Source: Patiria miniata (lineage: Eukaryota). Taken from it: a stretch of 64,000 nucleotides of DNA. This document shows, one piece after another, positions 1-11,399 of this stretch; positions within the stretch are counted from its first letter, which is position 1; every line of letters starts with the position of its first letter. The position numbers and the translations under genes are program-made. The stretch is from assembly GCF_015706575.1 (NCBI RefSeq), contig NW_024037076.1, forward strand, positions 22,605,286-22,669,285, in the 5' to 3' direction. Below the pieces are notes generated by a model, which was given only the letters and a program-made list of their open reading frames with translations, ran no database searches and was not told where the DNA came from.

Positions 1-535
1 CAAATGTTAACTTTTTCCCATTGACTGTGCTCAAGGAGCATGCATGATAGTGTGAACTATATTAATGACCATAACAACAAGCCCCTGTGGCAGATTGAAT
101 TGAAGCAGCACAGTTGTACTCATGATGGAGATCTTTATGTGCATGCCAAGTTTCAAAGAGATTTGTCATGGGACAGCTGAGATCTTGTGGGGGGGGGGGG
201 GGGAGTCGGAATGCCAAAACAAGACGTGGTAAAAAAAACAGCCCTCTAGGGTTAACTCCTAGAGTATGAAGGTCATTGCCTTGATTACAAAGTATTGAAA
301 CAAATCCCATTGAATTAGTTAAATTGGCTTGTTATATCGCTTGATATATCTGATGCAGTCTTGCTGTTCAACACAATTGATCAACCAGTCAACATACTGT
401 TCTTGGCAGAATTTTTTTTAAAAGCACAACATATTGAAGAAAAAAAAAGTCTATCCCATCACACTAGATAGAGGAAAACATCTTTATTTTTATGTTTTCA
501 TTAATGAGCAGTCAATGTTTATTCCTTTGCTGTAG

Positions 536-691
536 ATCTTGGTGATCTCAGATGTGTTCACTCAACGAGCTCAGTATGAGTGGATGTTTGATACCCTACT
601 TGATGTCAACAAGAATCATCCAGTGGAAGATGAACTTGTGACTCAGTATGCTGTCCCTGGCATCTGCAAAGCAGCTGCTGTCTTAGGCTTG
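536..691 (+). CDS. HTT: huntingtin C-terminal region, exon (partial gene, 3' end)
   Basis: Acceptor AG 534-535, donor gtaagc at 692. The translation [52 protein letters not shown] matches, from memory, the human HTT segment [52 protein letters not shown]. Confidence 0.8.
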
Positions 692-1031
692 GTAAGCAAT
701 CTCTCTTAAATCTTGTACTTTCTCACCTTTGACATGCCTTTCCTCCAACATATCAGAAGGGAGGCATCATGTTAGAATTGCACCATTAAGTAAGCCTGCA
801 AGTACCTTTGGAATCTAAAATTGAAATAGCATCGATATGAATTCAATTGAAACAAATCTTGCTTAGTATGACTGAAATGTTTGGAGATGTAAATTTATCA
901 TTATATTTCACCCTTCCTTTCTCCTATCCGAGGGTTTTGCAAATAAAATTCACAATCTCTCTTGTGTGGGACTTGGGAGGTCCCAGAAACAAATATGATG
1001 AGTTTTTTCCTTTATTTTCTTGCTGAATTAG

Positions 1032-1219
1032 GAGAAGGATGTTGCAGAGAAGGTCAGTAAGTTACTGGAAGTCACACTACGAAGCACCCATCTACCCAGC
1101 CGTGTGGGTGCATTGTACGGCGCCCTCTATATCCTAGAGTCAGACGCAATCGAAGACATCAATGTCTTTGTTCCTGTTGTGTCTGATTATGTCGCTAGGA
1201 ACTTACACTACAACTCATA
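1032..1219 (+). CDS. HTT: huntingtin exon
   Basis: Acceptor AG 1030-1031, donor gtaagt at 1220. The translation [38 protein letters not shown]... is close to human [38 protein letters not shown]. The exon ends in phase 2. Confidence 0.8.
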
Positions 1220-1432
1220 GTAAGTTGTATTTTTTATTGTCCTTAACTTTCCAGTAGTTTATTTCAGTTTTCCAAGAGGGAACAGATTTCCATGGAGTTC
1301 ATATTATCGCACTCAAACAGATGTACAAATTAAAAAAAAAAAATTACAACTTGAGAGAAATTTGTGTCATGTTGCAGTATGGCTAAACATCTCTTTAAAC
1401 ATTCAATTTTACGTTGAACTTTTCTTCCACAG

Positions 1433-1550
1433 TTGCAGTAGTCTTGCCAGTCAACGCCACACACTGGTCATGTTAACAGCAGCATTCTATGTGATTGAAT
1501 GTTACTATGAATACATCAAGGGAACGGATTTCACCAAGGCCATACTGCAT
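1433..1550 (+). CDS. HTT: huntingtin exon
   Basis: Acceptor AG 1431-1432, donor gtaggt at 1551. CSSLASQRHTLVMLTAAFYVIECYYEYIKGTDFTKAILH is close to human [38 protein letters not shown]. The frame agrees with ORF 1362..1718. Confidence 0.75.
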
Positions 1551-1818
1551 GTAGGTTTACCTTTTGCCTTCTGTTTTACATGCATTTGTCACATCCAACT
1601 CTACAGTCTGGTTTGGTTTTCATTCCGAAAGTTGATTGATAATGGTAAAGTGTTATACTATGTGATAGAAAAGTGTAATCAAAATGGTTTCAGTCAATTC
1701 AAAAAGAAAAAGATTTAATCAAAGGATGATTATCAAAAGTGTACCAGAATTAAAGAAATGCACAAGTCAAATGTTGTTATTAAACCTATGGATTTTTTTA
1801 TGTTTTGTTTTTGTTCAG

Positions 1819-1964
1819 AGCTGTATATCTATGGCATCGGTAAGTGACGGAGCTACGTCACCAGCTGTGTACCAGGCTATCATGAGAGGGTTAGAGAGAC
1901 TACTGATATCTGGAGTATTGTCACTTCAAGAGACAGAAGTTCTGACTAAACTCAGTATGGACAA
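1819..1964 (+). CDS. HTT: huntingtin exon
   Basis: Acceptor AG 1817-1818, donor gtaaga at 1965. SCISMASVSDGATSPAVYQAIMRGLERLLISGVLSLQETEVLTKLSMD is close to human ...[37 protein letters not shown]. The frame agrees with ORF 1684..1968. Confidence 0.8.
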
Positions 1965-2382
1965 GTAAGAAGAAAACTATCTTATCTCTTTGGGTTTTTT
2001 TCTTCTCCTGGTTTCGGTGCTCTGTACTTAATCCAGCCAATAAGAACTCGGTATCAACAATTAAATAGATAGCTTACTCGTCTCACTGATGTCAATTAAG
2101 CTTATTTGCAGTAGAGAATTCAGTATGGACAAATGAAAGTAAAAAGTCTCATTGATATTTAGGGTTACGTCATCATTAAACCCGGATTTGTTACAACAAA
2201 ATCATCCAAGTGTGCATTTATAGTACGAAGATCCCAATGCAAGTATTTAAGAAAGCCTGGACTAGAAGCATCCAAACATAGCAGCTTTTGTGTTTTATAT
2301 CCTCAGCACACATTGTCATGTCTTCTGACCTTGTAGTTACCTCATAAGATTGTTAACTTTCTATATCATATGTCTTTCATAG

Positions 2383-2562
2383 GTTGTGCATGCCTTCCCC
2401 ACTCCATGCCATGTCGGCCCTTGGGCTTCTAATCACAAGTATGTATGTGCAGAAACACAAACAAACAAGCGAAAGCAACGAACAGTCAGAAGATGAGTCT
2501 GGATCACATGACCCTGAGAGTCAAGTGATGGCCATGGAAAGAATTTCAGTGCTGTTTGATAG
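2383..2562 (+). CDS. HTT: huntingtin exon
   Basis: Acceptor AG 2381-2382, donor gtaagc at 2563. ...AMSALGLLITSMY...VMAMERISVLFD(R) is close to human RAMAALGLMLTCMY...VIVAMERVSVLFDR. Supported by ORF 2384..2566. Confidence 0.8.
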
Positions 2563-2855
2563 GTAAGCAATTAATTGTTGCATTTCCTTCCTTGAAAATC
2601 AGTGTTGAAGTCACATACATCACCAGGTGATCACGAGTCATCCAGGATTGATTTAAGTCAGGCGCTATTCCAATGATTTGTGACACAGCATTCCTTTGGT
2701 ATTTTCATTCCCGATTACTTGTGATGGATTTGGGATGGACTGAACTTCAGCACGGATATGAATAGCCCATGTTAGTTGTCTAATGCAGCTTTTGAAATTG
2801 TTTTGTGATACATGAAACAGTACAAGTCACATTTCACATTTTTATTGACTTTCAG

Positions 2856-3018
2856 AATTCGTAAAGGCTATCCGTCAGAAGCCCGTGCAGTTGCCCAAAT
2901 TCTGCCTGCTTGTGTCAGTGATTTCTTCTCACCGCAAGATGTAATGAACAAAGTGATTGGTGAATTCTTGTCCAATCAACAGCCACATCCTCAGCTCATG
3001 GCCACTGTTGTCTTCAAG
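2856..3018 (+). CDS. HTT: huntingtin exon
   Basis: Acceptor AG 2854-2855, donor gtaatt at 3019. (R)[54 protein letters not shown] is about 80% identical to human [54 protein letters not shown]. Confidence 0.9.
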
Positions 3019-3657
3019 GTAATTATAGGCTTCAGGTAGTGATTGAATGGATGATACATACAATACACATAGGATTTGTTGCCCACAATTTAAATAGACA
3101 ATGCAGTGGTGGGGTAGAAAGACAAACATTTGCGGTTCTCTTTAAAAACGAAGCAGTTCATATGTGAATCTTATTGAAACTAACAAGGGCCTGCCTCGAT
3201 CTTAATTTTCAGATACTCCAATGACAACACATGAATTGTACCCTTTGTATTTTATTGAGAAGTTATAATTTGTTCATGTTTATTTCATAAAATGTGTAGT
3301 TTGCCAAAACTAATCAAAATTTGATTGAGACTTCATATTTCTACTTGCAAACTGCTGCGTGCTCTTTATGTGAGCTTTTACGTCCGTCAAGTGTTCAGAG
3401 AAATATGTACACATGGATTTACAGAGTATGCATCACAGATACGCAACTGGTAAACGCACAATGCAATACGTACTTCGAAAAATAGACACATGGTTTTCGG
3501 CCTAAATTGTGCGCACATGTTATGGGATAGCAGCTAAAACATAACCACAAATCTTGATTCATCTGTGGCCATGTGGAACACGGACACGCTACACTATTTG
3601 TGTTCCACATGTAGGTGTTGGATAAGTAATATTCTAAAAAAAATTGGATTTTACAAG

Positions 3658-3818
3658 GTGTTTGGAAGTCTGCACAGCCAGGGTCAACTACAAGGCGTAC
3701 GTGATTGGGTGATGTTATCTCTCTCCAACTTTACTCAACGTACACCTGTTGCTATGGCAATATGGAGTCTGACATGTTTCTTCATCAGTGCATCAACCAA
3801 TGCATGGATCAGAGCTCT
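3658..3818 (+). CDS. HTT: huntingtin exon
   Basis: Acceptor AG 3656-3657. The donor is a weak gtatcc at 3819, chosen because it keeps the frame into the next exon. [54 protein letters not shown] is close to human [55 protein letters not shown]. Confidence 0.8.
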
Positions 3819-4832
3819 GTATCCTTTCATTATCTGAATTAATTAATAACCACTTTCATCCAACTTTGATCAAATGATACAAATCTTATCGCACCAAATA
3901 CTAGCATCTACGCTGAGGTGTGTCAGATCATAATAAAGAAAAAAAGCAAGATCTCAAGGTTTCATATTTGTTCACACATTTTAACAAAGAATAAAAGCTA
4001 AAAATGTATAATTTACAGTAAACCAGTTCGGTATCTCAATGAAGTAGTCCATGTCAAAGGTCATTCAGGATAAAGTCACTGACGTGATAATACGCGATGT
4101 TAGGCAATGTTACTTGATGCCCATTCTGCTTGTAATTAACCCGCGAGTGTTGTGCAGTGCCTTCGATGAGCGTTTCATTATCCCGAATGACCCGTGGCCC
4201 ATATCATTGTGCACATGCCTAGTTGAAATATCGAACTGGCTTATTGTTCAGACATTGTTGAAGGTATAGTCCATCATTTGTAATGTGTGCATTTTGTCGT
4301 TCGGAGCAACAAAAGTGCTCAAAATCTAAACAAGGGTGCTCAACAACTAACCTGATGAAGTTTCAGCTCAGCTTCATATATTTCGAGAAAAACAACATTC
4401 TAAGATCTCGATTTCAAACCAATAGTTGCTGAATCATGTTTCGAATCGGGCCTGAATTCAGCGCTCGAGGCACGTTCTCACTGAGCCGATTGCAGCTACG
4501 CGATGTCGCACACCGATCCGACGAATTATAGCAACCATGCTCGCGTGTGTCGTGTCAACGCTTGCGCGTGCTTTGCCGAATAAAAAAAAGAACTACTAAC
4601 GGAAATTCCAATGGTGCTTCTTAAGATGCACCGTTGGAAAGGCCTACTTTCGCTGATTTCTTCAAAATGACAGTTTGCCAGAAAGAATAATTTCACAGGG
4701 AGTTTAGTCCCATTACTATCTTTCAACCAAGTATGTTTTTCAACAATAATTACGTCAGTTAGTTTTTGGATAGCTGCAAATGATGGACTCTGGCTTTAAT
4801 ACAGTCTTGACCTTGACTTATCACTTCACAAG

Positions 4833-4923
4833 ACTTCCTCACATTGTTGGACGTATGGGACGTCTGGAGGCCATTGACAAGAAATACTTTCTGATTGTTG
4901 CCAGGGATTTCTTCCTTAATCAG
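4833..4923 (+). CDS. HTT: huntingtin exon
   Basis: Acceptor AG 4831-4832, donor gtttgt at 4924. (L)LPHIVGRMGRLEAIDKKYFLIVARDFFLNQ is close to human [30 protein letters not shown]. Confidence 0.75.
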
Positions 4924-5297
4924 GTTTGTATGGCTTTGCTTTGAACGTATACGTTAATGGGGTATGTACACAGTGTGTCACCAATGGACTCCTGCCAAAA
5001 TCTGGTGTGGATGATATTTTTTTTTGCTATAGATGGAATATAAACTCTGCAGGTTGTATGTTTGAAATGGTTTTATTACAGACTGGTATCTTTTAATACA
5101 TAATTCGACATCCATGAGGTATGGATTTTTTTATCTTTTGAAATTAGGTACTAATATACTTCTTCAACAAAGGAATTTGAACCCTTAAACATAAATGCCA
5201 ATAGATGAGTTTTCACAGTTGTTAAAGACTTCTTTCAAAACAAGTTATTTCCCCCAGTATTGTTTCAATACAATTTCTTCCATCATTTTTATTTCAG

Positions 5298-5399
5298 GTA
5301 ACAGATGAGTCCAGTAAACGAGCTTTCATGTCGACCTTCCAGTCAGCAGCTGCTACATCTACTGATCCAGTCTATACACAACTTCTTGGATGTGTCTAA
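5298..5399 (+). CDS. HTT: huntingtin terminal coding exon (stop TAA 5397-5399)
   Basis: Acceptor AG 5296-5297. VTDESSKRAFMSTFQSAAATSTDPVYTQLLGCV* is close to the human C-terminus [31 protein letters not shown].... The 3'UTR follows. Confidence 0.7.
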   Translation, partial: VTDESSKRAFMSTFQSAAATSTDPVYTQLLGCV

Positions 5400-5476
5400 G
5401 AAGATTCACCTTACTTGTACGCATCCTTCAAGGCATTTTAATCCCAGACTCTTCCTTGTAATCAAAGACTGTTCTT

Positions 5477-5650
5477 AACTATGTAGAGGGGGGGGGGTAA
5501 CCCAGCTGGCTCTGTCCGAATTTTGGGCAGACATTATTACCAGTATAATTTTTGGGGGGTGTCGCGTTATTTTTTTATGTATTTCTATGAAAATAATTTT
5601 TGAGGCGGACGTGGGGGGGGGGGTGGGTTTGGCCCCCATAACCCCCTCTG
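5477..5650. repeat. G-run/C-run bounded element (tagagggggggggg ... gggggggggggtggg ... ccccctctga)
   Basis: The short inverted termini agagggggg/cccctctg and the internal G-tracts are seen directly. The family is not identified. Confidence 0.3.
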
Positions 5651-7729
5651 AATCCGCGCCTGAATGTGCATGCATGTAAAACGTGTATCCTGAGACAATC
5701 TTGTCTGTTTTTAATAAACAGATCTAATAATTTAACCCTAAATAATTAATAATTAATAAAATTAGACACAAATTGATTCAGGTTTGCTTTCGGAATTTAA
5801 AGATTTATTTCGTCCTGTCCTTTCATTTTTGCTGTATTCCAAAAATGTTGATTTGCCAACCGGGCTACTTAAGTAATAGTTTTACTTGCCCGCCGCTGTT
5901 TTGACTAGCATTTGGCTAGCGGGCTACTGCTAAAGTCAAACCCTGGTGATGGCCAATAATTAGCTTAAATGATTTATACCTGTTGTGCACCTGTTGTTTT
6001 GTGGCGATTTTGACACCTTACAGTTTTAAACTAATTATTGCAACATCTAAGACATGATATATCAGACTAAAATGAAATCTGATGTTAACTAAAACTTGTG
6101 GCACACTAGTAAAGTAATGTAATTCTTATTCAGTATCTTCGTTGTGACTAAAATCTATTTTGTGCTTATGATTTCAATACTTTGTCAATATACTTGGCAT
6201 CTTTGTTTAGTTTTTTAGGTTTATGGTCTGAGTAATAGCTGTATATTCATTGCAAGCAATCACAAAAAAACACAATTACTTGTAGTATGTTTTGCACATA
6301 ATCTTCTGGAGAGTGCAGTTGGGGTTGGCATCTAACTCCTGACCCTGTTATATGCTGTTAAACCCATCTTTGTGTAGATATATGTCTAATGATGGCTATG
6401 AAAAATTCGTAAATATAATTTTTTGGTAGAACTTATTTTCCATATTGTATATAATGTGTAATGAGTACATAATCCAAGTGCTGAATGTAAATAATTATTA
6501 TGAATGTAAAAGTTACAAAATGGTACCCGAATAGCTCCATGGACTGGGCAGTTTCTTATATCAATATGTCATAAGGTTTCATTTAATAAACTAATAAAAT
6601 TTGTCCTTACCCTTCTAATTTCTAGCAATAAAGAAACAAAAACACTAACATGCTTTCAGATGATGAAATGGCAAATGAAAAGATTGAAAAATCAAAATCT
6701 TAGATGCCAGTGATCTTGGACAATAGTTATCTTTACATATGCACATTGTTTATGTTCTACAAACAAGATTGATTTGGATAGCCTGAGAGGTCTAAGACAT
6801 TTGAGCTTGTCTTAACTAGGTTGTAGTAAAAGTAAAGATAGTTGTTAATACATGTACCCTCATACTTCAATAATTTGCCTCCACCTTTGGTTTAGCCCTC
6901 AGAAATGCACTTCCTATAATGTCATCCTTGTCCTCATCTAAAACTCTTCCATACTGTTGCTCCACTCCAACTTTCATCTTCCCTTAAGTGCTGTGAAGCT
7001 GTATCTGACTTGAAGTATTGGAGAACCATTTCTTGGCATATGGATTTCCATATGACAAATGAAAACTGAGTCATTCTGTACTAATTCTCTTCAGAAGGCT
7101 TGTATAATTATGTATAACTGTGTATAATTATGAACTGTAATGTTACAGTATGTTATTAAAAAGATAAACTGAGTTTAAATGTGAAGCAAATGTAATGACT
7201 TATGAGTACATTATGTTAAAGCAATAAAATATCATGATACACATTCAAATTTATGAACCTTTCAGGGTTTTTTCCTTTGAATCTTTGTCCTTTTGCCAAG
7301 TAAGAGATGAACGTCACAATTTTTACAAGGAACGTTTGCCCTCGGTTAATTTATGTTTTATCAGTCATTGAGATTAACAAAAGATGCCTATAGTTTTTGC
7401 CAATAATTTCAGATGCCATCACCCCCTCTTCCATGTTACAATCGTAATTGTGCAATTAAATCCCCCCCCCCCCCAACCACAGCCAAACCTGTTTCTGCTT
7501 GCTCTATGCCCAGATACATACAAACATTTATCTAAATTACGTCTTGATATGAAGTTTGTCAATTGTTAAGCTCCATGCTCATACCGAAATGGTTGACCGG
7601 ACCCCCATTTTACAGTATTTGGGGGAATTAGTAATGATCGGCCCCCTCAGTCTAGCCGCCCCCATATTCTTAGCTTTTTATTCCTCCATGCTAGAACTGA
7701 GTAGAAGACGGAGGTAAGTTTATTATTTT

Positions 7730-8025
7730 GCGGTCGATGCAGCTACGTGACGCATCAGTGCACGTGACCCGCGTACGGTATGGTGACTAGGTGACGAGTT
7801 AGTACAAACAATGTCCGCGGTTGTTCTGCATGTTTCGGGGTCGCTGATGTCGTTGATGGGTTCCCTGTGGCTAGCTTTGTGTAATTGTGCGGCCCAACAC
7901 TTCTACGACTACTCCTTCCTCCATACTACGAGTGAGTACGACATCTCTACGGTGCAGGTGACACAGGGCGACATCACCGAATCGTCATTGCCACACATCC
8001 ATTCATCATATCGGGTCAGAATCGG
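7730..8025 (+). promoter_or_regulatory. CpG-rich stretch with E-box CACGTG (about 7764-7769) followed by an ATG ORF (7811-8025) that ends at a gtaaga donor, which may be a promoter plus first exon or uORF of an unknown transcript
   Basis: The local CpG density is unusual for this AT-rich window. ORF 7811..8029 ends exactly at a consensus donor (ggg|gtaaga). No in-frame downstream partner exon could be identified. Confidence 0.2.
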
Positions 8026-8050
8026 GTAAGATTGTGGACGTGGTCATCGG

Positions 8051-8136
8051 TTTCTCACGTTACAAATACATGTATGTAACGCACAAAACCGGTTACTCAC
8101 GTTACAAAAATGTAACGTGAGTAACCGATTTTGTGC
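8051..8136. repeat. nested perfect hairpins (cgttaca-aatacatgtat-gtaacg and gcacaaaaccggttactcacgttaca / tgtaacgtgagtaaccgattttgtgc)
   Basis: The inverted repeats are read directly from the sequence. Confidence 0.6.
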
Positions 8137-8624
8137 GTCTTGTTTATCATACATAACACATTTTTTTGGATGTCATCGATCTTCGGTGCTTTATAGTAAG
8201 GTAGGTCTGACTAGGTCTAGTACTAGTCTCTATGACCCATTTCCGTACCAACTACCATGGGGATATATTAACAATTAACTTTTGGCAGTGTATATTTTGC
8301 CGGAGACGGCAAACCTTTAGTAAACGTTAGTTTGCCGGATATGCACTGAACATGCGCAGTTACTGTTTTTTTGTACTTAAACATTTTCCGGTGACAAGTT
8401 TTAGTCTGGCTCCATGCCAATATTATCGTTGTTACGTCGTATTCACAAGATGGGATTCAGACCATTTTATAATTTCGGACTTTATTTCCCTTTTAAAAAA
8501 AATCCTCCAGAGCCACAAATCTGAAAAAAAATGTAATACTCTGCAAAAAATGTTTGAGACATGTTAAAATAATAAAAGAAGAATATTCTTATTTATTTGG
8601 GGATGGAAAAAAAAAAACTTAAAA

Positions 8625-8700
8625 ATGTGGTGCGGTAGGAATCGAACGCGAGTCATCCCGCTTACTAGAGCTGTTGTGCCCATTCTTGAAAATTACGCAT
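8625..8700 (-). other. tRNA-like (T-arm ...gcgttcgattcc...) module inside the element, probably a SINE/MITE head and not a functional tRNA
   Basis: The reverse complement reads ...gcgggatgactcgcgttcgattcctaccgcaccac. No full cloverleaf can be drawn. Confidence 0.3.
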
Positions 8701-9278
8701 TCTCGAGAATGGGCGCGCATTCTTAAGAATGAGCGCCCATTCTTAAGAACGAGCACGCGTTCTTAAGAATGAGCGCTCATTCTTAAGATGGGGTGGGAAT
8801 ATCACGTGCACAATTTATGAATTTTGCCCAATCTTAACAAACATTGCACGACATAATTATGTTAAATGAATTGTATAGCGGTTAAAAGGGAAACAATTCA
8901 TATAAAGAGGAAAGAAAATGTTCTATGCTTCTGTACTCGTATAACTACGATAATTTGAATCAAATTAAACCTGTTATTATTGCTTTTTTCTGCCCACTAT
9001 GGGAAGTTTTGTAATAACGGAGGACTGGGAACTAGTCTGGGAAGTGCTTTGTTTAGGCTAGACAAGTTACAAGTCCCTGCATGTATCATATGCGTGCCAC
9101 GAAAAAAAAACGATGTCCAGAAGCTGCCAAAATTGCTCTTTTGACTAGATAGAATCCAGCTCTGCGACGTTATGGTGGGGTGTGAACAATAAATTGGTGG
9201 CAATTTAAATGGGAAATAGCATTAGCACTATGGGATGTCGCAGTATTCATTCTCATTCTTCACATTCTTCATTCTTAC

Positions 9279-9318
<40 letters not shown>

Positions 9319-9595
9319 CTTTTAGGCAAAATAAAAAAACAAACATGTTTAGCGTCCTGCCTCTTTGACAAAAAGGAAGGAGGAGGCCCTTTTTTTTTTT
9401 TTTTTTTTTTCAAAATGGCCGCCCGACACATTTTTCAAGCCAACGCAGCCGGGCTATTTTTCAAGATGGTTACCAGCTTTTTTCAAAATGGCCGCCACTT
9501 GGACTCATTGACTATTTCCACAGCTTTATACACGGTATAAAAGTCTAAAAATATGATTTCTTTCGTCAGAGATCGTTAAAATTTATCAATTTTTG

Positions 9596-9626
<31 letters not shown>

Positions 9627-10055
9627 GGAGGCGGCCTCTAAAAAGGAAGCGGGCGGGGACGCTAAACATGTTTTTTTTTTTTACTTCGCCTTATTATCCC
9701 AAAAAATCAGAATTCTTTGCACTAGTATTATTATGTCTCTTATTTTTTCCCGGTCCCCCCCATATCAATACGCCTTTACTTATCATATCCACTCTACTTT
9801 TCAGCGCCTTGCGTTGCAACAGTATAATTATTGAGAATCAGTGAACGAGGATTCAGCTAGACTTGCCAAGCGCAGCCGGTGCTCGGCATCGACAAGACCG
9901 TTATCTTGTCGCGCATTCTCAAGAATGTGCGCTCAATCTGGAAGAGTTATTTTTTGCCAAGATTGAGCAAGGATCCAGTTGCACATTCTCAAGAATGTGC
10001 ATGCCCATTCTCGAGAATGCATGATTTTCAAGAATGGGCACAACATCGCCTTTGC
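8670..10055. mobile_element. nested TIR element inside copy A, with internal C27, T22 and A24 homopolymers and no transposase ORF
   Basis: The left end gttgtgcccattcttg... and the right end ...caagaatgggcacaac are inverse copies. Sub-terminal 15-20 bp gcgc(a/c)cattcttaagaatg repeats sit at 8690-8810 and are mirrored at 9890-10050. Confidence 0.5.
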
Positions 10056-10544
10056 TTTACCACTACACCAAACGTGCTACACAACTTTAGGTGGGAATTT
10101 AATACATCTTATAATTCGGCCCTATTTTAAAGAGTACAGCGCCCTCTGTTGATAGGGATTGCCGCCGGGCAAACCTTTAGTAATCGTTAGTTTGCCGTCA
10201 TTACCTCCGGCAAAATATCCACTATCTTAACTTTTCAGTAAGGTAATTACAGCCCAAGGAAACTCAAAAGTACATCAAAAATGTAACATGAGTAACGTGG
10301 AATTGCCCTAAATATTTTTTTTATGTCGCGGCTATCGTGCACTGTGGCATCGTTTTTGACGGGCCTGTGCGCCCATGCATGCACCGGTCTACGTGGCCGT
10401 GCACAGTCACATTGTTTTGCCGGGCCTGTATGTGCGGGCACTTGCCGGTTAAAAAAAGAGAATCCATGTTATGCTTTATTTTCTCCCATCCCGACATACC
10501 CCCCCCCCCCCCCCGACATACCCCCCCCCCCCCCCCTCGGGTAC

Positions 10545-10800
10545 AATTGTCTCAGGTACGAGTTGTCTCGGGTACGAGTTGTCTCGGGTACGAGTTGTCT
10601 CGGGTACGAGTTGTCTCGGTACGAGTTGTCTCGGGTACGAGTTGCCTCGGGTACGAGTTGCCTCGGGTACGAGTTGCCTCGGGTACGAGTTGCCTCGGGT
10701 ACGAGTTGCCTCGGGTACGAGTTGCCTCGGGTACGAGTTGTCTCGGGTACGAGTTGTCTCGGGTACGAGTTGCCTCGGGTACGAGTTGCCTTGGGTACGA
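10545..10800. repeat. minisatellite, 16-bp unit GGGTACGAGTTG(T/C)CTC in about 16 copies, preceded by a duplicated cgacataccccccccccccccc
   Basis: Read directly. It generates the artefactual overlapping ORFs 10323..11382. Confidence 0.9.
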
Positions 10801-10959
10801 GTCAACATGAATTCCAGACCGGAAACGTCGAGTTTAAACCTCTGGTTCTTTTCAGTTCAGAACCATTCTCTTACTTTCTTAGTTGAAAAATTATTCGCAC
10901 ATGGTGTTTCCGCAAACCTTAGTATCTCCACCATGCAAAGCCTCAATCTTACGTGCGAT

Positions 10960-11270
10960 GTGCCTAGCATGGGCGTCGCCAGGATTTTTTCTAGAGGGGG
11001 GCAAAAACAAAATTTGCCAAGAAATGCTTGTATTTCTCAACACATTCTCGATTTATCAGTTTTAGAGGGGGGCAGGGACATTTTGCCCCCCCCCCCCCCC
11101 CCACTCATTAAATTTACACCACTTTGTCTTTGCGCCTCTTTTTTTTTTTTTTCTTTTCTTTTTTTTCTTCCTTTTTCTTCCTTTTTTTTTTTTTTGCTTT
11201 TCCAGGGGGGGGCAAGTGCCCCCCCTTGCCCCCCCCTCGCGACGCCCATGGTGCCTAGCCATATCATGTG
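10960..11270. repeat. inverted-repeat element (gcctagcatgggcgtcgcc...gggggg // cccccctcgcgacgcccatggtgcctagcc) enclosing G/C homopolymers and a pyrimidine tract
   Basis: The terminal inverted repeats are seen directly. Confidence 0.5.
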
Positions 11271-11399
11271 CTACTACTTAATAGCCACGCCCCTTAGAAG
11301 ACAACCCTATGGAGTTTTTGTACACTATTGTTTGGCTCATATTTTGCGCGTTCCGCTTCCATTTGTACATCATGTAATTTGACAATATTTCACAAGCTG

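Larger units (their letters stand above)
8290..10226. mobile_element. composite non-autonomous TIR element, copy A (termini gatattttgccggag.../...ccggcaaaatatccactatc), with an internal tRNA-like module and a nested insertion
   Basis: The terminal inverted repeats carry the ccggcaaacctttagtaaacgttagtttgccgg hairpin. A second copy lies at 26497-27474, with homologous termini and the internal gatcgaac...tcccgct module. Confidence 0.55.

Noticed and set aside
61-310. Possible additional HTT exon at the start of the window (open frame ...VNYINDHNNKPLWQIELKQHSCTHDGDLYVHAKF), and an 82-aa minus-strand ORF.
   Set aside because: Only a weak 'HSC' match to the expected human segment (DIHSCSQFLLELYSRWIL). 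The region abuts a G14 tract and has no clear splice sites.
8690-8810. Regular 15-20 bp repeats (cattcttaagaatg...) that superficially resemble a CRISPR array.
   Set aside because: This is a eukaryotic genome. The units are palindromic sub-terminal repeats of a TIR element, mirrored at 9890-10050, with no unique spacers.
9228-9844. ORFs encoding poly-Pro, poly-Gly, poly-Lys and poly-Phe peptides.
   Set aside because: They are translations of C27, T22 and A24 homopolymer tracts inside the nested transposon.
10323-11382. Long overlapping ORFs (187, 157, 303 and 110 aa) with repetitive peptides such as SGTSCLGYELSRVRVV.
   Set aside because: They are translations of the 16-bp minisatellite in three frames and on both strands, with poly-C-encoded poly-Pro and no coding signal.
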